NCBI RefSeq assembly: GCF_003751385.1
Contig: NZ_RJVA01000015.1
Coordinates: forward strand, 83,998-107,997
Length of the DNA stretch: 24,000 nt
Direction of reading: 5' to 3'
DNA from: Desulfosoma caldarium
GTDB lineage: Bacteria > Desulfobacterota > Syntrophobacteria > Syntrophobacterales > DSM-9756
Shown here: positions 8,578 through 15,830 of the stretch, in pieces
Layout of the letters: each line of letters opens with the position of its first letter
Numbering within the stretch: the stretch's first letter is position 1
Notes under the pieces: generated by a model
The model's database searches: none
Told to the model about the DNA's origin: nothing
What the model saw: only the letters and a program-made list of their open reading frames with translations
Program-made: the position numbers and the translations under genes

Positions 8578-9024
8578 TTAAATGTCGAAAATGACTTGAG
8601 CCGTCCAGAACCCGTTACGAAATTCCACGGAAGCCATGTGGTAGGTGACGGCCTTATAGAGCAGTTTCAATTCATGGCGTTGTGGATCAAAAACCTCTCC
8701 GTGCACGGTCGCTTTCACATGCCATGAAGGCTCCAGCACCACGGCCACCTTCTTGCCCAAAAAATTTTCCACGTCAAAGAGATAGAGCAGTTCGGAAAGC
8801 CAGCGCACCAGAAGCTCATCCAAGGCTTCGGCCTCCACGTGCACATGGCGAACCTGGCGCTCTTCAATGGCCGTCAGACCCGCCATGAGGTCGTAGAATC
8901 CCAGTGCGGCCTTTTCAAAGACGTGCCTCAGGTGCGGCCCATGCACGCGAAGGCCCACATCGGCCGTGTGATGGATAATTTCGTACCACCCCTGGTCCAT
9001 GGCTTCGCCTTCGTACCAGCTCAT
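8578..9024 (-). CDS. Archease (RtcB activator/chaperone)
   Basis: Archease signature WYEIIHHTADVGLRVHG near the N-terminus, with C-terminus KAVTYHMASVE...AQVIFDI. It lies 46 nt upstream of rtcB on the same strand. The start is ambiguous: ATG 9024 (AAGGA 7 nt upstream), ATG 9000 (most family-typical length, 140 aa) or ATG 9060. The GTG 9204 extension in the track is not archease-like. Confidence 0.85.
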   Translation of the reverse strand: MSWYEGEAMDQGWYEIIHHTADVGLRVHGPHLRHVFEKAALGFYDLMAGLTAIEERQVRHVHVEAEALDELLVRWLSELLYLFDVENFLGKKVAVVLEPSWHVKATVHGEVFDPQRHELKLLYKAVTYHMASVEFRNGFWTAQVIFDI

Positions 9025-9108
9025 GAGCGTATCCTTTTCACCTAGGCCAAAGGGTTTCATTCCGCCTAACAGATTCCGTGCCTGTATCGAACGGATTTTT
9101 AGCGGTCC

Positions 9109-9122
9109 ACGTCTTAAGACGT
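9109..9122. promoter_or_regulatory. Perfect 14-bp palindrome ACGTCTTAAGACGT upstream of archease-rtcB (candidate operator or 5'-UTR hairpin)
   Basis: Read directly from the sequence. It sits in the non-coding stretch between the archease start candidates and the divergent tRNA promoter. Confidence 0.3.
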
Positions 9123-9281
9123 AACCGGTCCTGCAATCAAAGAGAAGATGCGCGCCGCCCGCAGAAGACACTCTCAACGGCCGTGTTCGACAGGTGCTCG
9201 TCACCTATTTATAAAAAGGTTAAACTGCATTACATTACGCTCCCTGCCTGCCCTCAGGGCTGAGGCTTCGCCACATTGGGC

Positions 9282-9310
9282 TTGACTTGCCGAGGGGAAC
9301 TCTCTAGGAT
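9282..9310 (+). promoter_or_regulatory. Sigma70-type promoter of tRNA-Gly (TTGACT-17 nt-TAGGAT)
   Basis: TTGACT at 9282-9287, a 17-nt spacer, then TAGGAT at 9305-9310. A GC-rich discriminator follows, and the mature tRNA 5' end is 21 nt downstream of the -10. Confidence 0.5.
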
Positions 9311-9330
9311 GGAGTCGTTGTGGCGCTTGA

Positions 9331-9406
9331 GCGGGCATAGCTCAGTTGGTAGAGCACGAGCTTCCCAAGCTTGGGGTCGCGGGTTCGAATCCCGTTGCCC
9401 GCTCCA
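9331..9406 (+). tRNA. tRNA-Gly (anticodon CCC), CCA encoded
   Basis: Hand-folded cloverleaf. Acceptor GCGGGCA/TGCCCGC. D arm GCTC-AGTTGGTA-GAGC. Anticodon arm CGAGC-TTCCCAA-GCTTG. T arm GCGGG-TTCGAAT-CCCGT. Discriminator T followed by CCA. The anticodon loop CTTCCCAAG matches glyU-type tRNAs. Confidence 0.95.
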
Positions 9407-9414
9407 CACGGCGA

Positions 9415-9454
9415 GAAGCTCACCCTTTCCTCGAGCGAAAGGGCTTCCCTTTTT
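9415..9454 (+). terminator. Intrinsic terminator after tRNA-Gly
   Basis: The hairpin is GAAGC-(tcac)-CCTTTC-ctcgagc-GAAAGG-GCTTC, followed by cc and TTTTT. Confidence 0.6.
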
Positions 9455-9587
9455 GAGGTGGCGGGAGCGTGGTTTTTGGCGGACGCCGACTTCGATTAGT
9501 GGATGACAATGTTCAACACGGTCTTTTGTGAACGTCGCACCTCACGGCACTGAAGCCGGATTTTCTTTGATCATTGCTCTACTAATG

Positions 9588-9616
9588 GGAGTGGGCTCAA
9601 AGCCCGCTTTTTTTTT
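9588..9616 (+). terminator. Strong intrinsic terminator (or attenuator) ending 17 nt upstream of the rimP start codon
   Basis: The stem-loop is GTGGGC-tcaaa-GCCCGC (9591-9607), followed directly by nine T (9608-9616). The upstream GGA can extend the stem against the T-tract. Confidence 0.75.
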
Positions 9617-9633
9617 GCATCGGGCACCGTGGA

Positions 9634-10146
9634 ATGAACGGAAAAGTAGAGGCGACTCGAGCGGTTGTGCAAAAAATTTGGGATCTCACCGCGCCGTTGG
9701 TCACGGCGGAAGGAATGGAGCTCATTGAGGTGGAGTACCGCAGGGAAAGTCAAGGCTGGGTGCTGCGCCTTTTTGTGGACCGTGACGATGGCGTCAGCGT
9801 GGAAGACTGCGCGTCGGTCAGCCGCATGGTGAGCGACCTCTTGGACGTGGAGGACCCCATTCCTGGGCCATACCATCTGGAGGTGTCTTCCCCGGGGCTG
9901 AACCGACCGCTTCGACGCTGGGAACATTTTCAGCGCCAGATCGGCAATGTGATTTCCGTGCGCACGCGCCTTCCCATTGAATCTCGAAAGAATTTCAAGG
10001 GCACCCTGGTGGCGGCCCATCCGGAAGGCATTCGCATGGAATGTGACGGAACATTCTTTGACATTCCTTTGAATGCCGTGGAAAGAGCCCGTTTGCGCTA
10101 CTTCGAGTCATCTCAAAGGACGCCAAAGCCGATGCGGAGCGATTGA
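9634..10146 (+). CDS. rimP: Ribosome maturation factor RimP
   Basis: 170-aa ORF alignable to E. coli RimP along its whole length, including DDCASVSRMVSDLLDVEDPIPGPYHLEVSSPGLNRPL. It lies immediately upstream of nusA. Confidence 0.9.
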   Translation: MNGKVEATRAVVQKIWDLTAPLVTAEGMELIEVEYRRESQGWVLRLFVDRDDGVSVEDCASVSRMVSDLLDVEDPIPGPYHLEVSSPGLNRPLRRWEHFQRQIGNVISVRTRLPIESRKNFKGTLVAAHPEGIRMECDGTFFDIPLNAVERARLRYFESSQRTPKPMRSD

Positions 10147-10212
10147 AACACCACTGAGGCATGTAAGACCCGTTTCAGGACCGAAGATGGGCACAGGAGG
10201 AGAAAGGGCGTT

Positions 10213-11559
10213 ATGGCCAGCGAATTGAAGCGGTTGATCGATCAAGTGAGTCGAGAAAAGGGGATCGACCGCGCCGTGTTGATTGACACCTTGGTCGAAG
10301 CGGTCAAGTCGGCCATCAAGAAACGATACGGATCCAAAGTAGATGTGGAGGTTTCCTACAGTGACGAGTTCGGCGAAATGGAAGCCTTCACGTTCAAGGA
10401 AGTGGTGGAAGACGTCAAGGATCCGGAAAAGCAGATTTCCCTTGAGGAGGCTCGAAGTCTGGACCCGGAATCGGAAATTGGCGATGAACTGGGTATTCGC
10501 ATGGACACGGACACTCTGGGCCGCATTGCCGCCCAATCGGCCAAGCAGGTCATTATTCAGAAGATGAAGGATGCCGAAAGGGAAGCCACCTACGAGGAGT
10601 ACAAGGATCGAAAGCGTGAAATCGTCACCGGCATCGTCCAGAAGGTGGACCGTTCCGGCATCATCGTCAACTTGGGCCGCGCCGAAGCCATTCTTCCGGT
10701 CAAGGAACAAATTCCTCGGGAAGTATACCGCCAGGGAGATCGCATTCGAGCCTACATTCTGGATGTGAAAAAGATCAGCAAGGGGCCTCAGATTGTTTTG
10801 AGCCGCACCCATCCCGATTTTTTAATTCAACTTTTTCGCATTGAGGTGCCCGAGGTCAGTGATGGCACGGTGAGCATATTGGCGGCGGCACGCGAGCCTG
10901 GATCCCGTGCCAAAATCGCCGTGGTGTCCAAGGACCCGGACGTGGACCCTGTGGGGGCCTGTGTGGGTATGAAGGGATCTCGTGTCCAGGCGGTGGTTCA
11001 GGAATTGCGTGGCGAAAAGATTGATATCGTGCCATGGAACCTTGATCCGGCCAAGTTCGTGGTCAATGCCTTGGCTCCGGCCATCATCAACAAGGTCATC
11101 ATTGACCAAACGAATCGAAGCATGGAAGTCATTGTGCCCGACGATCAGCTGTCTCTGGCCATTGGCCGCCGAGGTCAAAATGTGCGCTTGGCTTCGCGTA
11201 TTACGGGCTGGCATATTGACGTGAAAAGTGAATCCCGCTATGAACGGCAAAAGCAAGCTGGCTATCAGGCACTGCTGCACATCGATACCCTTAGCGAGGA
11301 AATGGCCGATAAGCTTTACGAAGCGGGCATTACGTCCTTGAGCGATTTTTGTGAGGCGGGGCTCGATGAGTTGGAATCCCTGACCGGCCTCTCTCCATCG
11401 GCCCTGGAAGCCATGCAGGCACAGGCTCAAACCTTGCTTGCAACCAGTGGAGAATTGGAGGCCGACGAGATGAACCAACACGAGGCAGAAAACAACGCTG
11501 AGGACGAGGGGGAGACGCAAGAGTCCGAATCCGAGGAGCGCGCAGAGCCGGTGGAATAA
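10213..11559 (+). CDS. nusA: Transcription termination/antitermination factor NusA
   Basis: 448-aa ORF with N-terminal domain, S1 and two KH domains (GACVGMKGSRVQAV, AIGRRGQNVRLAS), plus a C-terminal HhH/acidic tail. GGAGGAG lies upstream of the ATG. Confidence 0.97.
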   Translation: MASELKRLIDQVSREKGIDRAVLIDTLVEAVKSAIKKRYGSKVDVEVSYSDEFGEMEAFTFKEVVEDVKDPEKQISLEEARSLDPESEIGDELGIRMDTDTLGRIAAQSAKQVIIQKMKDAEREATYEEYKDRKREIVTGIVQKVDRSGIIVNLGRAEAILPVKEQIPREVYRQGDRIRAYILDVKKISKGPQIVLSRTHPDFLIQLFRIEVPEVSDGTVSILAAAREPGSRAKIAVVSKDPDVDPVGACVGMKGSRVQAVVQELRGEKIDIVPWNLDPAKFVVNALAPAIINKVIIDQTNRSMEVIVPDDQLSLAIGRRGQNVRLASRITGWHIDVKSESRYERQKQAGYQALLHIDTLSEEMADKLYEAGITSLSDFCEAGLDELESLTGLSPSALEAMQAQAQTLLATSGELEADEMNQHEAENNAEDEGETQESESEERAEPVE

Positions 11560-11561
11560 GC

Positions 11562-11930
11562 ATGCGAGGACGGGGGCACACACCTTATCGGACCTGTATC
11601 GTGTGTCGAACCAAACGCCCAAAGCGGGACCTTGTGCGGCTCGTGCTGGATGCACAGCGCCTCGTGGTTCCTGACCTGCGGCAGCGTTTACCGGGACGTG
11701 GCGCGTACGTGTGCCCGATGTGTCTCAATGGCGTCTCCAAGAGCAAAGCGCTCTCTCGAGCCTTTCGAGGTCGGCTTCAGGGGGTGTCACCCTCTTTGAT
11801 GGGGGGAATATCTCACCTGCACAAGGGATTGACGGGCTGCGTGAACACGGAGGATCATTCACTATGTGTGCGTAAGACCACAACACGTCCGCGGCCTGAG
11901 TCCGGGGACACGGCTGTTGAAGAATTCTAG
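11562..11930 (+). CDS. ylxR: YlxR/RnpM-family (DUF448) RNA-binding protein
   Basis: Signature RTCIVCRTKRPKRDLVRLV...LPGRGAYVCP. The ATG lies 2 nt after the nusA stop, in the conserved nusA-ylxR-infB position. About 40 C-terminal residues lie beyond the conserved domain. Confidence 0.85.
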   Translation: MRGRGHTPYRTCIVCRTKRPKRDLVRLVLDAQRLVVPDLRQRLPGRGAYVCPMCLNGVSKSKALSRAFRGRLQGVSPSLMGGISHLHKGLTGCVNTEDHSLCVRKTTTRPRPESGDTAVEEF

Positions 11931-11942
11931 GGGGTTTTTTCC

Positions 11943-14891
11943 ATGGCACGAATGAGGGTGCACGAGCTAGCCAAAGAGTTGGACATGAATAGCAGGGAGC
12001 TCCTCGACAAGATCCTCAAAATGGGGATCGTCGTAAAAAATCATATGAGCACCTTGAGCGAATCGGCCGTTGCCAAAATCCGTGAACACCTGCAAAGGGA
12101 CGTGACCAGACAGGTGGAGGAAAAGCGGATCGGCCGACAGGTCATTCGACGACGAAAAAAGATCGAGGTCGAGCAACCTGCAGAGGTTCAGGTGGCTGGG
12201 GCGGGGGAAGCGCCCGAGGTCTTGGGACAAGAGGATCAGAAGGCCGCGGAAGAACCCGCCGCTACCGAGATCCCCGTTGCAACGGCTGCGAAGCCGCCCG
12301 TGGAGCCCGAAGACGTCGCGGAAGCTGCGAAGCCGCCTGCGGAAGAGCCGACACCCTCGGTGACTTCGGCTGCGGAAGCCGAGAAGGTGGAAGAGGTTTC
12401 TGAAAAGGCGCTGAAAACGGCCATTGAAGTGTCGCCGGTTCCAGAAGAGCCTGGCCTTGGTGAAGCGGCGGAAGCGGAAGCCGTGCACGAAGAGGCCCCC
12501 GCTGAGCCGATGTCGGCTCAAGAAGACTCTGTGACGGCCGAGGCCATGGAGGAAGCGGGTGCGGAACCCGTGCCTTCTGCCGAGAAGGAAAAAGAGATTC
12601 GAAAAGCCCCCGCTGAGGTCGAGGAGGAAACGGATCAACCGGCCCGCATCATTTCTCGCCCCGAACCCGTTCGAGCGGCCGAGGAGCCCATGGAAGCTCT
12701 GGCGGTCGTGTCAGAGAAAGGGGAAGAGGAAGAGGACAAGGCCAAGAAGAAAAAAGGCAAGCGGCGCCGGAGAAAGCGCCGAAAAGACGAGCCGGCGCGC
12801 ATTATCAGCCTGCCGGAAATCATTCCCTCGGAACCCGAAGAGGAACCTGAGGTGCCGCCGACGGTGGTGCGCTTTCTTCCGGAACAGGAAATCAGTCGAG
12901 AACCTCTGCGCAAGAAGCGCTTGCGCCCGGACGAGGAACCCTCAGGGCCCGAAAAGAAGCTGCGCAAGGGCCGTAAGGAAGTCGTCGGGCGGGAAGAGCT
13001 TTATACCAAGAAGGAGTTGCGCGCTCAGGACGAACGGGGCAAGGAAAGTTTACGGCGCGAGGACCACGGGCCACAAAAGCCCCAGATCACCGTCCCCAAA
13101 GCCATCAAGCGGCGCATTCGCATCGATGAAGCGATCACGGTGGCCAATTTGGCGCGGCAAATGGGCGTCAAGGCCACGGAGGTCATCAAGAAACTGCTTG
13201 CCTTGGGCCTCCCGGCCAACATCAATCAGGCCATCGACTTTGATGCCGCGGCTCTGGTGGCCGCCGAGTTCGACTACGAGGTGGAAAAGGCCGGGTTTGA
13301 AGAGGAAGACATTTTGCAAACCGTCGAAGATCGCCCGGAAGACCTGCAACCTCGTCCTCCGGTGGTGACCGTCATGGGCCACGTGGACCACGGCAAGACT
13401 TCACTTCTGGACGCCATTCGCCACACCAGGGTCATTGACCAAGAAGCCGGCGGCATTACCCAGCACATCGGCGCCTACTTCGTGGAATTGGACGGGCGCC
13501 ATATCACCTTTCTGGACACGCCTGGCCACGAAGCCTTTACGGCCATGCGGGCTCGAGGAGCCAAAGTGACGGACATTGTCATTTTGGTGGTGGCTGCCGA
13601 CGACGGAGTTATGCAGCAAACGGTGGAAGCCATCAACCATTCCAAGGCGGCCGGTGTGCCCATCATGGTGGCCATCAACAAGATTGACAAACCCAACGCC
13701 AACCCCGATCGCGTCAAGAGAGAACTGTCCGAACACGGCCTGTTGCCCGAGGAATGGGGCGGGGACGTTACCATGGTGGAAATTTCCGCCAAGAAAAAGA
13801 TGGGCATTGAAGAACTTCTAGAAATGGTGCTGCTGCAGGCCGAACTGATGGAACTCAAGGCCAACCCCAATAAGCCGGCTCGAGGCCGTGTCATAGAAGC
13901 CAAGCTGGACAAAGGTCGAGGTCCCGTGGCCACCATTTTGGTGCAGGAAGGGACTCTGAGGGAAGGTAACGCCTATGTGTGCGGCACCTATTTCGGCCGA
14001 GTGCGCAGCATGTTCAACGATAAGGGCCAGAAAGTGACGGCCGCGGGCCCTTCGGTGCCCGTGGAAGTCATAGGCCTGTCCGGCGTGCCCAATGCGGGCG
14101 ACGATTTTGTCGTATTGGCCGACGAAAAGCAGGCCAAGCTCGTCGCCGAACATCGCCAGCTGAAAGCGCGGGAAAAGGAACTGTCACGAACCACCAAGGT
14201 CACTCTGGAAAAGCTCTACGGACAGATTCGGGACGGCCAAATCCAGGAAATCAGCGTCATTCTCAAGACCGACGTTCAGGGGTCTCTGGAAGCCATTCGG
14301 GATTCCTTGCTAAAGCTCTCCACTCCCGACGTGAAGGTCTCGCTCATCCACGCCGGCACGGGCGCTATTTCCGAAAGCGACGTCATGCTCGCTTCGGCCT
14401 CCAACGCCCTCATCATCGGGTTCAACGTGCGAGCCGATGCCAAAGCTCAGGAGCTGGCGGAACAGGAAAAGGTGAGCATTCGTTACTACGATGTGATCTA
14501 CCAGATCCTGGACGACATCAAAGACGCCATGGTGGGGTTACTGGAACCTCAATACCAGGAAGAGATTGTGGGCCGTGCCGAAGTGCGCCAGACCTTTCAC
14601 ATTTCCCGTATTGGCACTGTGGCGGGATGTTACGTTACCGAGGGCAAGGTGGAACGCAGTGCCAAGGTGCGGCTCCTTCGTGATGGAGTGGTGGTCTGGG
14701 ACGGTAAGATTTCGTCTTTGAAACGCTTCAAAGACGATGCGCGCGAAGTCAAAGCCGGCTTTGAATGCGGTTTGACCATCGAAAACTTTAACGACATCAA
14801 GGTGGGGGACCTGTTGGAAGTCTACCAGATGGTCGAGGTGGCTCCGGTTTTGGAAACCAGGCCGAGTCCAGAGGATCGGCCGCAGCCTTGA
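11943..14891 (+). CDS. infB: Translation initiation factor IF-2
   Basis: 982-aa ORF. The IF2_N motif [10 protein letters not shown] occurs at the start and again before the G domain. G domain motifs: [26 protein letters not shown]-terminal domains are conserved. A long E/A/P/K-rich N-terminal linker is present. Confidence 0.97.
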   Translation: MARMRVHELAKELDMNSRELLDKILKMGIVVKNHMSTLSESAVAKIREHLQRDVTRQVEEKRIGRQVIRRRKKIEVEQPAEVQVAGAGEAPEVLGQEDQKAAEEPAATEIPVATAAKPPVEPEDVAEAAKPPAEEPTPSVTSAAEAEKVEEVSEKALKTAIEVSPVPEEPGLGEAAEAEAVHEEAPAEPMSAQEDSVTAEAMEEAGAEPVPSAEKEKEIRKAPAEVEEETDQPARIISRPEPVRAAEEPMEALAVVSEKGEEEEDKAKKKKGKRRRRKRRKDEPARIISLPEIIPSEPEEEPEVPPTVVRFLPEQEISREPLRKKRLRPDEEPSGPEKKLRKGRKEVVGREELYTKKELRAQDERGKESLRREDHGPQKPQITVPKAIKRRIRIDEAITVANLARQMGVKATEVIKKLLALGLPANINQAIDFDAAALVAAEFDYEVEKAGFEEEDILQTVEDRPEDLQPRPPVVTVMGHVDHGKTSLLDAIRHTRVIDQEAGGITQHIGAYFVELDGRHITFLDTPGHEAFTAMRARGAKVTDIVILVVAADDGVMQQTVEAINHSKAAGVPIMVAINKIDKPNANPDRVKRELSEHGLLPEEWGGDVTMVEISAKKKMGIEELLEMVLLQAELMELKANPNKPARGRVIEAKLDKGRGPVATILVQEGTLREGNAYVCGTYFGRVRSMFNDKGQKVTAAGPSVPVEVIGLSGVPNAGDDFVVLADEKQAKLVAEHRQLKAREKELSRTTKVTLEKLYGQIRDGQIQEISVILKTDVQGSLEAIRDSLLKLSTPDVKVSLIHAGTGAISESDVMLASASNALIIGFNVRADAKAQELAEQEKVSIRYYDVIYQILDDIKDAMVGLLEPQYQEEIVGRAEVRQTFHISRIGTVAGCYVTEGKVERSAKVRLLRDGVVVWDGKISSLKRFKDDAREVKAGFECGLTIENFNDIKVGDLLEVYQMVEVAPVLETRPSPEDRPQP

Positions 14892-14945
14892 TGGGCAAGT
14901 CCATGGCATGACCCAGCCAGGCGGTGTGTTCGTCATCGAAGGTGC

Positions 14946-15257
14946 ATGAGTCGCATGAAGGAAACCACGGTCAATGTGGGAGTGGCCCGGGTCACGTTTC
15001 GGCTTCACGGAAACGATTCGCTGAAGGGAAAGCGCAAGATCGTCAAGAGCCTCATCGAAAGGAGTCGAAACCGCTTTCCCATTGCCATCGCCGAAGTGGA
15101 TGATCTGGATCGTTATCAGCGGGCCACCTTGGGCATTGCCGTCATCGGCAACGATTCCCGCCTGCTCAACGCTATTTTGGACAAGGTGGTCGAGTACATG
15201 GCGGGAATGGGCCTTGCCGATTTGGAAAGTCACCACTTTGAGATCATCCCGCTCTAG
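14946..15257 (+). CDS. DUF503 (YlxP-like) protein of unknown function
   Basis: 103-aa ORF with the family-typical pattern (F.L.G..SLK.KR.....L......F...IAEV.D.D....A.LGIA..GND) in the conserved infB-DUF503-rbfA position. An alternative start is ATG 14955. Confidence 0.8.
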   Translation: MSRMKETTVNVGVARVTFRLHGNDSLKGKRKIVKSLIERSRNRFPIAIAEVDDLDRYQRATLGIAVIGNDSRLLNAILDKVVEYMAGMGLADLESHHFEIIPL

Positions 15258-15281
15258 GAGCCTGTCAAGCAACGGGCTTGC

Positions 15282-15367
15282 GGGCTTCGAGAAGGTATCC
15301 TTATAGGGGTGGCTCGGGCCGCCACAATAAGCCATGCGCCTTGCGGCGGCGTTAACACTCGAAGCCC
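15282..15367 (+). other. Candidate structured RNA element in the DUF503-rbfA spacer
   Basis: A perfect 10-bp inverted repeat, GGGCTTCGAG (15282-15291) and CTCGAAGCCC (15358-15367), encloses the hairpin GTGGC-tcgggcc-GCCAC (15309-15325). A competing hairpin CAAGC-aacgg-GCTTG (15266-15280) lies just upstream. Confidence 0.3.
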
Positions 15368-15415
15368 TAAGAGCCTTACTCGGGCATGCTTGCAGCGGGA
15401 GACGACGGACAGACC

Positions 15416-15763
15416 ATGCAATATAAAAGATCAGAACGTGTTGCAGATCTTCTGCAGCGCACCGTCGCCGAAATTTTGCTGCGGCGCGTGCGGGATCCTC
15501 GACTGAGCAAACTGACCGTGACCGGCGTAGACGTGAGCGCCGACCTTCGGTATGCCAAGATTTATTACTGCTTTGTGGGCTCTGAGGAGGAACGCCCTCA
15601 GGTGTCTCAGGCTCTGGAGAAAGCTCGGCCCTTCATCCGTCGTGAAATCGGCCGCCGAGTGGAACTGCGCTACGTGCCGGATATTCAATTCTTCTTCGAC
15701 ACCTCTTTTGATTACGGAGAAAAAATTGAACGGTTGCTTCATCGAATCCACGAAGAATCCTGA
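15416..15763 (+). CDS. rbfA: 30S ribosome-binding factor RbfA
   Basis: MQYKRSERVADLLQRTVAEILLRRVRDPRL...VTGVDVSADLRYAKIYY is colinear with E. coli RbfA. ATG 15416 gives a family-typical N-terminus; the in-frame ATG 15386 is the track alternative. Confidence 0.9.
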   Translation: MQYKRSERVADLLQRTVAEILLRRVRDPRLSKLTVTGVDVSADLRYAKIYYCFVGSEEERPQVSQALEKARPFIRREIGRRVELRYVPDIQFFFDTSFDYGEKIERLLHRIHEES

Positions 15764-15830
15764 CCTCTGCAGCGAACGCTCCAGCGCAGTGCTCCACGAG
15801 CGCCCTTGTGAGGAAACCCATCGAGGGCAG

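Noticed and set aside
9025-9204. N-terminal extension of archease to GTG 9204 (208-aa track ORF)
   Set aside because: The extra residues (MTSTCRTRPLRVSSAGG...) are not archease-like. Family members start a few residues before the HTAD motif. The region is better explained as 5' UTR or promoter.
9061-9280. Search for an RtcR-type sigma54 promoter (TGGCAC-N5-TTGC) upstream of archease-rtcB
   Set aside because: The only TTGCA on the minus strand (complement of 9132-9136) lacks a GG 12 nt upstream, so there is no sigma54 element.
9276-9506. 76-aa ORF spanning the tRNA-Gly gene, and a 66-aa ORF at 9528-9728 crossing the terminator into rimP
   Set aside because: They overlap a well-folded tRNA, a terminator hairpin and the rimP frame. 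Neither has an SD or a protein-like composition.
10108-11655. 234-aa and 277-aa ORFs antisense to nusA
   Set aside because: They are shadow ORFs opposite a highly conserved gene, with low-complexity composition and no motifs.
11967-12638. 223-aa minus-strand ORF and other out-of-frame ORFs across the infB 5' region
   Set aside because: They are produced by the GAA/GCG-rich low-complexity coding of the IF-2 linker, which lacks stops in several frames.
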